IMG/VR virus record: IMGVR_UViG_3300020182_000047
Span: 1 to 53,998 of that record
Direction: 5' to 3' (one strand)
Length of the DNA stretch: 53,998 nt
From: a virus
Taxonomy: Duplodnaviria; Caudoviricetes
Shown: piece after piece, positions 18,199 through 28,439 of the stretch
How the letters are laid out: each line of letters opens with the position of its first letter
Numbering within the stretch: position 1 is the first letter of the stretch
Notes under the pieces: model-generated
Told to the model about the DNA's origin: nothing
What the model saw: the letters and a program-made list of their open reading frames with translations, nothing else
Database searches by the model: none
Made by a program: the position numbers and the translations under genes

Positions 18199-20423
18199 TG
18201 TACGAGCAAACACTATACAAAATACTGCCTAATCACATTAAGTCTAAAACCATTAAAATACAAAATAGGTATAACAAATGGGAGTATGGATATAACAAAG
18301 AGCACGATGTTGTTGTTATAAGCAAGACTGGAAAGATTGGAGAAATATATGAAATACAAGGATTAAAAATAGCTTTGCCTTACATAGATAAAGCTTATTT
18401 AAGATCTGAAAATAAATTAGATCAGTATTGGGAGTCTCATAAAATTCCAACAGAATTATCAAAGATTAAAACAATTTTTGAATGGGACGCTTATCCTGAT
18501 CACTTTAAAAACAAATGGTATGAGTATATTGATCAAGAGTTTGAATATAGGGAAAAAGGTTTTTCGTTTTACAACAAAGGTGTTCCTACTTATATTACTG
18601 GTAATCACTACATGTACTTGCAGTGGACCAAGATTGATGTTGGACAGCCAGATTTTCGCGAAGCAAATAGGCTTTTCTTCATCTTCTGGGAAGCCTGCAC
18701 AGCAGATAGCAGGTGTTTCGGAATGTGCTACCTTAAGAATAGGAGGTCCGGTTTTAGCTTCATGGCCAGCGGAACAGCAGTTAATATGGCAACAATATCT
18801 TCTGATGCGAGATTCGGGATCTTATCTAAATCAGGAGCAGATGCTAAGAAAATGTTTACAGATAAGGTGGTACCTATATCAATCAACTATCCTTTCTTCT
18901 TCAAACCAATTCAGGACGGAATGGATAGACCGAAGACCGAGCTCGCCTACCGCGTACCCGCGTCTAAAATTACCAGAAAGTCCGTTGATAAGGTTTCCAC
19001 AGCCAAAAACGATTTACAAGGGCTTGACACCACGATCGACTGGAAAAACACAGGGGACAACTCGTACGACGGTGAAAAACTAAAATTATTAGTTCACGAT
19101 GAAAGTGGTAAATGGGAAAGACCAGATAATATATTAAATAACTGGAGGGTAACAAAAACAACATTAAGGTTAGGTAGTAGGATTATAGGCAAATGTATGA
19201 TGGGATCTACTTCTAATGCTTTAGCTAAAGGTGGAGAGAATTTTAAAAGATTATATTATGACTCCGACGTTTCCAAGAGAAACCGCAATGGACAGACTAG
19301 TTCAGGATTATATTCTCTGTTCATACCTATGGAATGGAACTACGAAGGATTCATTGATACTTATGGAATACCTGTATTCGATACTCCAGACAAGCCGGTT
19401 AAAGCAGCAGATGGCTCTTTAATTGAATATGGTGTAATAGAGCATTGGCAAAATGAAGTTGATGGTTTAAAAAACGATCAAGATGGATTAAATGAAATGT
19501 ATCGTCAGTTTCCAAGAACTGAGCAACACGCATTTAGAGATGAGGCTAAGCAATCATTGTTTAACCTTACAAAAATATATCAACAAATAGATTACAATGA
19601 AGACCTTAGAAATACTGCAATTGTAACTACTGGTAGTTTCGCTTGGGAGAATGGGATGCCTGATACAAGAGTAATATTTAATCCCCATAAAGATGGAAGG
19701 TTTAAAATAACTTGGGTTCCAGCTAAACATCTTCAAAACCAAGTGATAATAAAGAATGGTACTAAATGGCCGGGTAATGAACACCTTGGTGCATTTGGTT
19801 GTGATAGTTATGATATATCAGGTACAGTTGACCAAAGAGGATCTAATGGTTCTTTGCATGGTTTAACTAAGTTTTCTATGGAAGATGTACCTCCTAATCA
19901 TTTCTTTTTAGAATATATAGCTAGACCACAAACAGCGGAAATATTTTTTGAAGATGTTTTAATGGCGTGTGTATTTTATAGTATGCCAATACTAGCTGAA
20001 AATAACAAGCCAAGACTTTTATATCATTTTAAAAGAAGAGGCTATAGAGGTTTTTCAATGAATAGACCTGACAAGATTTGGAATAAACTATCTGTTACTG
20101 AAAAAGAAATAGGTGGAATACCAAACTCTAGTGAAGATATTAAGCAAGCACATGCTGCTGCTATAGAAACTTATGTTGAACAATTTATAGGTTTATCAGA
20201 TACTGGTTATGGAGATATGTATTTTCAAAGAACCTTAGAAGATTGGGCTAGATTTAACATAAACAATAGAACAAGTCATGATGCATCTATTAGTTCTGGT
20301 TTAGCTTTAATGGCTTGCAATAGACATAGATACGTTCCTGTTAATAGAATAGAAAGACAGCCTGTTAATCTAGGTTTAAAAAGATACAATAATGATGGTA
20401 GTACCTCAAAAATTATAATATAA
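18198..20423 (+). CDS. terL: Terminase large subunit
   Basis: Walker A-like KNRRSGFS, Walker B LLVHDESGK, motif GSTSN, and nuclease-domain GCDSYD / HDASIS. Confidence 0.9.
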   Translation: MYEQTLYKILPNHIKSKTIKIQNRYNKWEYGYNKEHDVVVISKTGKIGEIYEIQGLKIALPYIDKAYLRSENKLDQYWESHKIPTELSKIKTIFEWDAYPDHFKNKWYEYIDQEFEYREKGFSFYNKGVPTYITGNHYMYLQWTKIDVGQPDFREANRLFFIFWEACTADSRCFGMCYLKNRRSGFSFMASGTAVNMATISSDARFGILSKSGADAKKMFTDKVVPISINYPFFFKPIQDGMDRPKTELAYRVPASKITRKSVDKVSTAKNDLQGLDTTIDWKNTGDNSYDGEKLKLLVHDESGKWERPDNILNNWRVTKTTLRLGSRIIGKCMMGSTSNALAKGGENFKRLYYDSDVSKRNRNGQTSSGLYSLFIPMEWNYEGFIDTYGIPVFDTPDKPVKAADGSLIEYGVIEHWQNEVDGLKNDQDGLNEMYRQFPRTEQHAFRDEAKQSLFNLTKIYQQIDYNEDLRNTAIVTTGSFAWENGMPDTRVIFNPHKDGRFKITWVPAKHLQNQVIIKNGTKWPGNEHLGAFGCDSYDISGTVDQRGSNGSLHGLTKFSMEDVPPNHFFLEYIARPQTAEIFFEDVLMACVFYSMPILAENNKPRLLYHFKRRGYRGFSMNRPDKIWNKLSVTEKEIGGIPNSSEDIKQAHAAAIETYVEQFIGLSDTGYGDMYFQRTLEDWARFNINNRTSHDASISSGLALMACNRHRYVPVNRIERQPVNLGLKRYNNDGSTSKIII

Positions 20424-22835
20424 ATGAACATATACACAAATACCAATAGTTCCTTTCCAAGCCAAGTGGTTAGCGATGCAGAAAAAGCATCATTAGAGTA
20501 TGGTATTCAAGTGGCTAGAGCCATTGAACAGGAATGGTTTGACCAAGGAAGGACTAATGCTAATAGGTATCAAACTAATTATAATAGCTTTCATCAATTA
20601 AGATTATACGCTAGAGGTGAACAATCAATACAAAAGTACAAAGATGAGCTTGCTATTAATGGCGATTTGTCTTATCTTAATTTAGATTGGAAACCAGTAC
20701 CGGTTATATCTAAGTTTGTAGATATTGTAGTTAATGGTATGTCACAAAAGACATATGATATAAAAGCTTTTTCACAAGATCCAGAGTCTTTAAAGAAAAG
20801 AACAAATTATGCATTAGCAGTAATGCGTGATATGTATACTCAAGATTTAATACAAAAGGCTAATCAAATAACTGGTGGTAACTTTGCTAATTCATCTTTA
20901 TCGGCTAATGAATTACCGGAAACAAGAGAAGAGCTTGAATTACATATGCAGCTTAGCTACAAGCAATCTGTTGAAATTGCAGAAGAAGAAGCTATTAATA
21001 ATGTATTAGCAGCAAATAAGTATGATCTAGTAAGAAGAAGATTAAATTATGATCTCACGGTATTAGGTATTGCCGCTGTTAAAACTTCTTTTAATAAAGC
21101 TAACGGCATTGTTGTGGATTATGTTGATCCTGCTTATATGGTTTATTCATATACAGAAGATCCAAACTTTGAAGATATATATTATGTTGGTGAAGTAAAA
21201 GCAATTACTATACCAGAACTTAAAAAGCAATTTCCTAATATAACAGAAGAGGAATTAAAAAATATTCAAAACATGCCCGGCAACAATCAGTATATAACTG
21301 GCTGGGGCAATTATGATGAAAATACTGTTCAAGTTTTATACTTTGAATATAAAACATATTCAAATCAAGTATTTAAAATAAAGCAAACAGAATTTGGATT
21401 AGAAAAAACTATTCAAAAAGATGATAGTTTTAATCCGCCTGAAAATGATAACTTCCAAAAAGTATCCAGAACAATAGAGGTATTATATTCTGGAGCAAAA
21501 GTATTAGGGAATAATACTATGCTAGAATGGAAGCTAGCGGAAAACATGACTAGGCCATATGCTGATACTACTAAAGTAGAAATGAGTTATGCTATTACAG
21601 CTCCTAGAATGTATAAAGGTAGGATTGAATCTATAGTTAGTAAAGTTACAGGCTTTGCTGATATGATTCAATTAACGCATTTAAAGCTACAGCAAGTAAT
21701 GTCAAGAATAGTGCCAGACGGTGTATTCTTAGATATGGATGGTTTAGCTGAAGTTGATCTTGGTAATGGAACAAACTATAATCCAGCGGAAGCATTAAAT
21801 ATGTATTTCCAAACTGGTAGTGTAGTAGGTAGATCGCTTACTCAAGACGGGGATATGAATAGAGGTAAAGTTCCTGTTCAAGAATTATCTTCATCATCTG
21901 GCCAAGGCAAAATAGCTTCACTAATTAATACATACAACTATTATCTACAAATGATAAGAGATGTGACCGGATTAAATGAAGCAAGAGATGGAAGTAATCC
22001 AGATAAAGATGCTTTACTAGGGCTACAAAAGATGGCTGCTAATCAGTCCAATGTTGCCACAAGACATATATTACAGTCAAGTTTATATTTAACTCTTAGG
22101 GCTTGTGAAAACATATCTCTTAGAATTGCTGATTGCTTAGATTTTGAATTAACATCAAACTCATTAGCTAATAGTATATCTACTTTTAATGTTGAAACTT
22201 TAAAAGAAATAAAGAATTTAAATCTGCATGACTTTGGAATTTATTTAGAATTAGAACCTGATGACGAAGAAAAAGCACAGGTAGAACAAAATATTCAAAT
22301 AGCATTACAATCTGGCGGTATTGATTTAGAAGACGCAATAGATATAAGACAAATTAAAAACTTAAAGCTTGCAAATCAATTACTTAAATTAAAAAGAAAA
22401 AAGAAGCAAGCTGCAATGGAAGCTGCGCAACTTGCTAATATACAGGCTCAAGCGCAAGCAAATGCTGAAACCGCTGAAAAAGCTGCGTTTGCTGAAGTTC
22501 AAAAACAACAAGCTCTTACACAAGAAAAAGTTAATGTTGAACAAGCTAAATCTCAATTTGAAATACAAAGAATGCAAACAGAAGCTCAAATTAAAAGAGA
22601 GCTTATGGCAGAAGAATTTAATTATCAAATGCAATTAGCTCAAATAAAAGCTAATGCAGAAGCTGGTAAAATTGCTGAAGTTGAAGATCGCAAAGATAAA
22701 AGAACAAAAATACAAGCAACACAACAGTCTGAATTAATAGATCAAAGAAAAAATGATTTATTACCTAAAGATTTTGAATCACAAGGAAACGACGGCCTTG
22801 GAGGATTTAATCTAGAGCAGTTCACGCCTAGATAA
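20424..22835 (+). CDS. Portal protein
   Basis: 803 aa directly after terL; LDWKPVPVISKFVDIV, IRDVTGLNEARDG and a long C-terminal Gln/Ala coiled coil. Confidence 0.85.
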   Translation: MNIYTNTNSSFPSQVVSDAEKASLEYGIQVARAIEQEWFDQGRTNANRYQTNYNSFHQLRLYARGEQSIQKYKDELAINGDLSYLNLDWKPVPVISKFVDIVVNGMSQKTYDIKAFSQDPESLKKRTNYALAVMRDMYTQDLIQKANQITGGNFANSSLSANELPETREELELHMQLSYKQSVEIAEEEAINNVLAANKYDLVRRRLNYDLTVLGIAAVKTSFNKANGIVVDYVDPAYMVYSYTEDPNFEDIYYVGEVKAITIPELKKQFPNITEEELKNIQNMPGNNQYITGWGNYDENTVQVLYFEYKTYSNQVFKIKQTEFGLEKTIQKDDSFNPPENDNFQKVSRTIEVLYSGAKVLGNNTMLEWKLAENMTRPYADTTKVEMSYAITAPRMYKGRIESIVSKVTGFADMIQLTHLKLQQVMSRIVPDGVFLDMDGLAEVDLGNGTNYNPAEALNMYFQTGSVVGRSLTQDGDMNRGKVPVQELSSSSGQGKIASLINTYNYYLQMIRDVTGLNEARDGSNPDKDALLGLQKMAANQSNVATRHILQSSLYLTLRACENISLRIADCLDFELTSNSLANSISTFNVETLKEIKNLNLHDFGIYLELEPDDEEKAQVEQNIQIALQSGGIDLEDAIDIRQIKNLKLANQLLKLKRKKKQAAMEAAQLANIQAQAQANAETAEKAAFAEVQKQQALTQEKVNVEQAKSQFEIQRMQTEAQIKRELMAEEFNYQMQLAQIKANAEAGKIAEVEDRKDKRTKIQATQQSELIDQRKNDLLPKDFESQGNDGLGGFNLEQFTPR

Positions 22836-22865
22836 AAACACTAATTAATTTTATATTATCATATC

Positions 22866-24044
22866 ATGTCAGAAACAGTAAAACAAGAAGGGGATTTCAA
22901 ATTGCAAAAGAAAAAACCTGCAATGAAAAAACTAAATAGTAATAGCAATGTTACTAAAGTTGATTTAACACCTAAAAAAGAAGAAGATGCCATTCAAGAG
23001 CAAGTCGCAGATGAAAGCGTGTTACGCACAGAACAACCCGAATTGGGATTGCAAGAAGTGGTCGAAGGAAACGAAGAACAAAAAGTCGTTGCCAAAGAGG
23101 TTGTTGAAGAAGAGCCAGTAGTTATTCAAGAAATAACTGATGAAGAAGTTGTTGAAGAAACACAAAAATTAACCGAAGACGTACAGGAAGCAATTGCTGA
23201 ATCAAAAGAAACAGGAAGAGCGTTACCGGAGAACATTGAAAAATTAGTTTCTTTTATGGAAGAGACTGGTGGAACGGTTGAAGACTATGTTAGGTTAAAT
23301 GCTGATTACACAAATGTAGATAACAATACATTACTTAAAGAATACTATAAAAAAACAAGACCTCATTTAGATGCTGAAGAAATACAATTCCTTATGGAAG
23401 ACAACTTTAGCTATGATGAAGAACTTGACGACGAGCGAGATGTAAGAAAAAGAAAACTCGCTTTTAAAGAAGAAGTTGCAAAAGCCAAAGACTATCTGGA
23501 AACTATTAAAGGTAAATATTACGAGGAAATCAAGTTGAGACCTGGTGTTACCCAAGAGCAACAGAAAGCAATGGACTTTTTCAACCGATATAACGAAGAG
23601 CAAAGTATGGCGGCTCAGCAACATGAGAAATTTAAAGCTGATACCCAAAAACTTTTTTCTGATGATTTCAAAGGTTTTGACATCAATGTAGGAGAAAAGA
23701 AATTTAGGTATGGCATTCAAAACGTTGAACGAGTAGCTGAAAACCAATCAAACATCAATAACCTAATTAAGAAGTTCTTAAATGATGATGGTGAAGTTGT
23801 AGATACAAAAGGTTATCACAAAGCTATGTATGCCGCTGAGAACATTGACAAAATAGCAGCACACTTTTATGAGCAAGGAAAATCCGATGCAGTAAAAGAA
23901 GTTGTTACTAATTCTAAAAATCCATCTACAACGCCTAGACAAACAACAGCGGGGGATGTATTTATTAATGGATTAAAAGTTAAAGCAATTAGCGGTCTTG
24001 ATTCTTCAAAACTTAAAATTAAAACAAAGAAATTTAACAATTAA
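22866..24044 (+). CDS. Capsid scaffolding-type protein
   Basis: Very acidic and helical; lies between portal and MCP. Confidence 0.65.
   Translation: MSETVKQEGDFKLQKKKPAMKKLNSNSNVTKVDLTPKKEEDAIQEQVADESVLRTEQPELGLQEVVEGNEEQKVVAKEVVEEEPVVIQEITDEEVVEETQKLTEDVQEAIAESKETGRALPENIEKLVSFMEETGGTVEDYVRLNADYTNVDNNTLLKEYYKKTRPHLDAEEIQFLMEDNFSYDEELDDERDVRKRKLAFKEEVAKAKDYLETIKGKYYEEIKLRPGVTQEQQKAMDFFNRYNEEQSMAAQQHEKFKADTQKLFSDDFKGFDINVGEKKFRYGIQNVERVAENQSNINNLIKKFLNDDGEVVDTKGYHKAMYAAENIDKIAAHFYEQGKSDAVKEVVTNSKNPSTTPRQTTAGDVFINGLKVKAISGLDSSKLKIKTKKFNN
22987..23121 (+). CDS. Overprinted small basic protein (44 aa, +1 frame inside scaffold gene)
   Basis: MPFKSKSQMKACYAQNNPNWDCKKWSKETKNKKSLPKRLLKKSQ; A-rich leader and locally atypical codon usage in the host frame. 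Confidence 0.55.
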   Translation: MPFKSKSQMKACYAQNNPNWDCKKWSKETKNKKSLPKRLLKKSQ

Positions 24045-24055
24045 AAAAATTTATT

Positions 24056-25501
24056 ATGGCAGTAGTCGCACCCGTTTATGGGTCAATTAAACCATCTCAG
24101 AAACAACAACTTCTTGAGAGCAATTATTTAAACTTTACAGACGGATCTGGAAATGATTTCGCACAACAATACTTACCTGAGATTTATGAGGCAGAAGTAG
24201 AGCGCTATGGAAATAGAACTTTATCTGGTTTCTTAAAAATGGTTGGTGCTGAAATGCCAATGTCTTCTGATCAAATCGTATGGTCTGAGCAAAACAGATT
24301 ACATATCGCTTATGATAGCGTTACAAAAGCAACTGATACAACTTTAACATTCGCTTTGAATGCTACAGCTGGCCCAAGCTTTGTACAAAACGTTATCTCT
24401 AAAAACCAAACATTAGTAGTTATTGATCCTGCAACAGGACAAGACTTAAAAGTTTTTGTAACAGATAGCGTTAACACTTCTTCTACATTAGCTACTATTA
24501 CAGTAAAACCTTATACTGCTGCTGATATGGCTGCTTTATCTGGAACTGCTGGAGCGCTTAAAATCTTCGTTTATGGTTCTGAATACAAAAAAGGAACTAC
24601 AGATGCTGATATTAAGTCTGTAACGCCTTCTTTCACTCAGTTCTCTAACTCTCCAATCATTATCAAAGAGAAATATGCTATCTCTGGATCTGATACTGCT
24701 CAAATTGGATGGGTTGAAGTTGCTACTGAAGACGGTGCTTCTGGATACTTATGGTATTTAAAAGCTGAATCTGAAACTCGTTTACGTTTTGAAGATTACT
24801 TAGAAATGTCTGTAGTTGAAGGAGAATTAGTTTCTGGAGCTTCTACACTAGATACTGTTGAAGGTATCAAAGGTACTGAAGGTTTATTCGCAGCTGTACA
24901 ATCAAGAGGTAACGTATTAAACAACTTTACTGCAGCTTCTGGATTAGCTGACTTTGATAGCATCTTGAAAAACTTAGATACTCAAGGAGCAATTGAAGAA
25001 AACATGTTATTCTTAAACAGACAAACTTCTTTAGATTTTGACGATATGCTTGCTGGTTTATCTGCTGGAGCTAATGGAGGTACTGCTTATGGATTGTTTG
25101 AAAACTCTGCTGAAATGGCGTTAAACTTAGGTTTCACTGGATTCAGAAGAGGTTCTTACGATTTCTATAAGACTGACTGGAAATACTTAAACGATGCTTC
25201 CACTCGTGGTGCTTCTAACGGAGCTGGACAAGTAGGATCTGGTATTGATGGTGTATTAGTACCTGCTGGAACTTCTACAGTATACGATCAAATCTTAGGA
25301 ACAAATATCAGAAGACCATTCTTACACGTACGTTATAGAGCTTCTCAAGCTGACGACAGAAGAATGAAATCTTGGATCACTGGTTCTGTAGGTGGAGCTT
25401 ACACTTCTGATCTTGATGCAATGGAAGTACACTTCCTTTCTGAAAGATGTTTAGTAGTTCAAGCAGCTAACAACTTCGTGTTGTTTACTGCATCTGCATA
25501 A
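24056..25501 (+). CDS. Major capsid protein
   Basis: 481 aa with strongly biased codons (gct, act, ttc, aac); follows the scaffold gene and is followed by a terminator hairpin. Confidence 0.85.
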   Translation: MAVVAPVYGSIKPSQKQQLLESNYLNFTDGSGNDFAQQYLPEIYEAEVERYGNRTLSGFLKMVGAEMPMSSDQIVWSEQNRLHIAYDSVTKATDTTLTFALNATAGPSFVQNVISKNQTLVVIDPATGQDLKVFVTDSVNTSSTLATITVKPYTAADMAALSGTAGALKIFVYGSEYKKGTTDADIKSVTPSFTQFSNSPIIIKEKYAISGSDTAQIGWVEVATEDGASGYLWYLKAESETRLRFEDYLEMSVVEGELVSGASTLDTVEGIKGTEGLFAAVQSRGNVLNNFTAASGLADFDSILKNLDTQGAIEENMLFLNRQTSLDFDDMLAGLSAGANGGTAYGLFENSAEMALNLGFTGFRRGSYDFYKTDWKYLNDASTRGASNGAGQVGSGIDGVLVPAGTSTVYDQILGTNIRRPFLHVRYRASQADDRRMKSWITGSVGGAYTSDLDAMEVHFLSERCLVVQAANNFVLFTASA

Positions 25502-25516
25502 CAACAACTTGTAATT

Positions 25517-25555
25517 ATTACCCTCGATGTAACTTCGGGGGTAATTTTTACTTTT
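25517..25555 (+). terminator. Intrinsic terminator after MCP
   Basis: ATTACCCTCGA / TCGGGGGTAAT stem followed by a T-rich tract. Confidence 0.7.
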
Positions 25556-25580
25556 ATAAACTATTTAATCTTATTATATT

Positions 25581-26414
25581 ATGGCTAAAAAAGCTACCGC
25601 TTCTACAGAAGAAGTATTTGAAGAAACTATGGTTGTTGAACAACCCAAAAAAGAAACACCAAAAGCACCTGCTAAGCCTGCTTGGGAAATAAAAGATAGA
25701 ACGTATTATTTAACTGGGGCACACAGCCCTTTAACGTTTACTTTACCATCAAGACATACGTCAAGATACCCATTGCTATGGTTTAACAAAGAAACTGGTG
25801 ATCAAAAAGAAATTAGATTTGCAACTAATCAAAACTCTCCTTTTGTAGACGAACAAAAAGGCGAGGCAACATTAGGGCACATCATGTTTAAAAATGGTAC
25901 TTTATTTGTACCAAAAGAAAAACAAAACTTACAAAAATTATTATCTCTTTACCATCCAGGTTTAAATATTAAGTATGCTGAATTTGATGCTGTTTTAACA
26001 GCTAATAACGAATTAGAAGACTTAGATATTCAAATTGATGCTTTAGTAGCCGCAAGAGAAATAGATATTGATCAAGCTGAAGCTATTTTAAGAGTTGAAA
26101 TTGGATCTGCTGTTTCAGGAATGAGCTCTAAGGAAATTAGAAGAGATTTATTATTATTTGCAAGAAGAAATCCAGGATTGTTTATTGAATTAGCTAACGA
26201 TGAAAACGTACAGCTAAGAAACTTTGCAATTAAAGCATCTGAAGCTGGTATTATAAAATTATCACAAGATCAAAGAACGTTTATGTGGGGTACAAACAAC
26301 GCTAAACTAATGACTGTTCCTTTTGATGAAAACCCATATTCAGCTATGGCTGCTTTCTTTAAGACAGATGAAGGTGTAGAAATCTTCAAGTCTATAGAGA
26401 AAAAATTCAAATAG
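25581..26414 (+). CDS. Hypothetical protein of the head module
   Basis: 277 aa ORF between MCP and the ring/tail genes. Confidence 0.6.
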   Translation: MAKKATASTEEVFEETMVVEQPKKETPKAPAKPAWEIKDRTYYLTGAHSPLTFTLPSRHTSRYPLLWFNKETGDQKEIRFATNQNSPFVDEQKGEATLGHIMFKNGTLFVPKEKQNLQKLLSLYHPGLNIKYAEFDAVLTANNELEDLDIQIDALVAAREIDIDQAEAILRVEIGSAVSGMSSKEIRRDLLLFARRNPGLFIELANDENVQLRNFAIKASEAGIIKLSQDQRTFMWGTNNAKLMTVPFDENPYSAMAAFFKTDEGVEIFKSIEKKFK

Positions 26415-26424
26415 TACGTAATAT

Positions 26425-26459
26425 TAATATATGGGGTGATTAATTTCACCCCTATATTA
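26425..26459 (+). terminator. Hairpin, possible terminator
   Basis: TAATATATGGGGTGA-ttaatt-TCACCCCTATATTA inverted repeat in an intergenic gap. Confidence 0.5.
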
Positions 26460-26473
26460 TAATAAAAAATAAA

Positions 26474-27205
26474 ATGGCAATAAACGTAGATACAGTTTAC
26501 AAAACAGTTCTATTAATACTCAATAAAGAACAAAGGGGTTATGTAACACCTGATGAGTTTAATAAGATAGGTACACAAGTTCAATTAGAAATATTTGAAA
26601 AGTACTTTGAAGATCTTAATCAACAACTACGTGTGCCGCAAGCTGACAGCGAATATGCTGACAGACAAAAAAATATAGATAACAATATCTCCATTTTTAA
26701 AACAATTGGAAATTGTTCATATAATGCTGGTGGATATTTTATGCCACCTAGTAATTTACATAGAATAGGTACTGTAATATATAAAGACGAAAAAGAGCTT
26801 CAGAGAGTGCAAAGAAATGAACTACTGAACATAAACATGTCTAAGCTTACAAAGCCAACTACAACTTATCCTATATATGTATACGAGGACGGGTCTACAA
26901 CAAGTTTACCTCGAATATATGTTTATCCAAAAACTATAACAAATTCTGCTGATATAAGTGTAACTTATGTTAGAAAACCACAAAATGTTACTTGGGCATA
27001 TCAACAATTAGGTGGTGGTACTTGGACTTCTGGTCCTTACATATATAATCCATCTTCTTCTACAAACTTTGAATTAGACGCTGTAGAGCAAACAAACGTA
27101 ATAACAAATATACTTTTATATATGGGTATTGTTATAAACGATCCTCAAGTTATACAAATAGCAGCTCAACAAGCGCAGGCAGAAGAAGTAAATAAAAAAA
27201 GCTAA
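26474..27205 (+). CDS. Head-tail adaptor/ring protein (tail tubular A-like)
   Basis: LNKEQRGY.TP.EFN...Q...F and Y.RKP....W motifs of crAss-related ring proteins; position fits. Confidence 0.6.
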   Translation: MAINVDTVYKTVLLILNKEQRGYVTPDEFNKIGTQVQLEIFEKYFEDLNQQLRVPQADSEYADRQKNIDNNISIFKTIGNCSYNAGGYFMPPSNLHRIGTVIYKDEKELQRVQRNELLNINMSKLTKPTTTYPIYVYEDGSTTSLPRIYVYPKTITNSADISVTYVRKPQNVTWAYQQLGGGTWTSGPYIYNPSSSTNFELDAVEQTNVITNILLYMGIVINDPQVIQIAAQQAQAEEVNKKS

Positions 27206-27211
27206 TAGATT

Positions 27212-28435
27212 ATGTCTAAACCAAATAACGGTTTGATAACCGAAACAAATAGTCAATACTACGCTGGATCACAGAGTTTTACTACTACCGCAGGACAAAC
27301 TTCTTTTGTTTCTACATTTAACACTGATTTAGTTTTTGGTAATTATAGTCCTAATGCTACTGACTATGGTTTAAATAACTTTGTCTTATATTTTAGCACG
27401 AGTGGACTTCCTGGAACTTTTAACGAATACATACAAGCTTACACTGTTGTAGATAACACAATAAATTTAGCTGTAGCTTTACCAGCTGGTAGTTACGTTG
27501 TCATACAGTTAAAAAGTAACGATGGTGGTAATTACGGGGACGAAGATGCTTATGGTGACGCTGTTGAAAATAATTATGGTGGATATGAGTATGTAACTTT
27601 AAATGATATTATAAATAACTTTTTGGTTGCTTACGTTGGTGCAGGTAAGTTAATATCTGATGTTAAAAGAACTGATGTTATATTTCACGCTAAAAGAGGT
27701 TTACAAGAGTTTAGTTACGATACATTAAAAAGTATTAAATCTCAAGAATTAAGTATACCACCTAGTTTAAGTTTGCCTTTACCACAAGATTACGTTAACT
27801 ACGTTAAAGTTTCTTGGGTAGATCAATTAGGTGTAAAACATCAAATATTTCCAACACAACTCACTAGTAATCCATATACTACACCTGTTCAAGATAATAA
27901 CGGTATACCTATTCAGGACAATTACGAAGAAAACTTACAAGGATCTTCTCAAATAGAAGAAAGATGGAGCACAGCAAGTAGTAAGAAAATAAACAATATA
28001 GCTTCATTAGAAGATTATAACGAAGGATTAGATGGTGAAAACTACTGGTGGGACGATGGAAACTTCTTTGGTAGAGCGTATGGTCTTGATCCTCAAAACG
28101 CAAATATAAATGGCTACTTTACATTAAACCCAAGAGAAGGTAAAATATCTTTTTCAAGCGATTTAGTTGGAGCGTTAGTTATATTAGAATATATTTCAGA
28201 TGGTTTAGCTTATGACATGGACACTAAAGTTCCTAAAATGGCCGAGGAAGCTATGTACAAACATCTTATGTATAGCATACTTTCTACTCGCGCTAATCAA
28301 CCAGAATACGTAGTACAAAGATTTAAAAGAGAAAGATCTGCTGAACTTAGAAACACTAAAATAAGATTATCAAATATAAAGCTTAGTGAAGTAATACAGC
28401 AAATGCGAGGTAAGTCTAAGTGGATTAAACATTAA
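27212..28435 (+). CDS. Second ring/tail structural protein
   Basis: AKRGLQEFSYD..LPQDYVNYVK..ILEYISDG..PKMAEEA; position fits. Confidence 0.6.
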   Translation: MSKPNNGLITETNSQYYAGSQSFTTTAGQTSFVSTFNTDLVFGNYSPNATDYGLNNFVLYFSTSGLPGTFNEYIQAYTVVDNTINLAVALPAGSYVVIQLKSNDGGNYGDEDAYGDAVENNYGGYEYVTLNDIINNFLVAYVGAGKLISDVKRTDVIFHAKRGLQEFSYDTLKSIKSQELSIPPSLSLPLPQDYVNYVKVSWVDQLGVKHQIFPTQLTSNPYTTPVQDNNGIPIQDNYEENLQGSSQIEERWSTASSKKINNIASLEDYNEGLDGENYWWDDGNFFGRAYGLDPQNANINGYFTLNPREGKISFSSDLVGALVILEYISDGLAYDMDTKVPKMAEEAMYKHLMYSILSTRANQPEYVVQRFKRERSAELRNTKIRLSNIKLSEVIQQMRGKSKWIKH

Positions 28436-28439
28436 TTAA

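Noticed and set aside
19231-19422. Second +1-frame ORF in terL (63 aa)
   Set aside because: Short, with a GTG start and no motif; compatible with chance.
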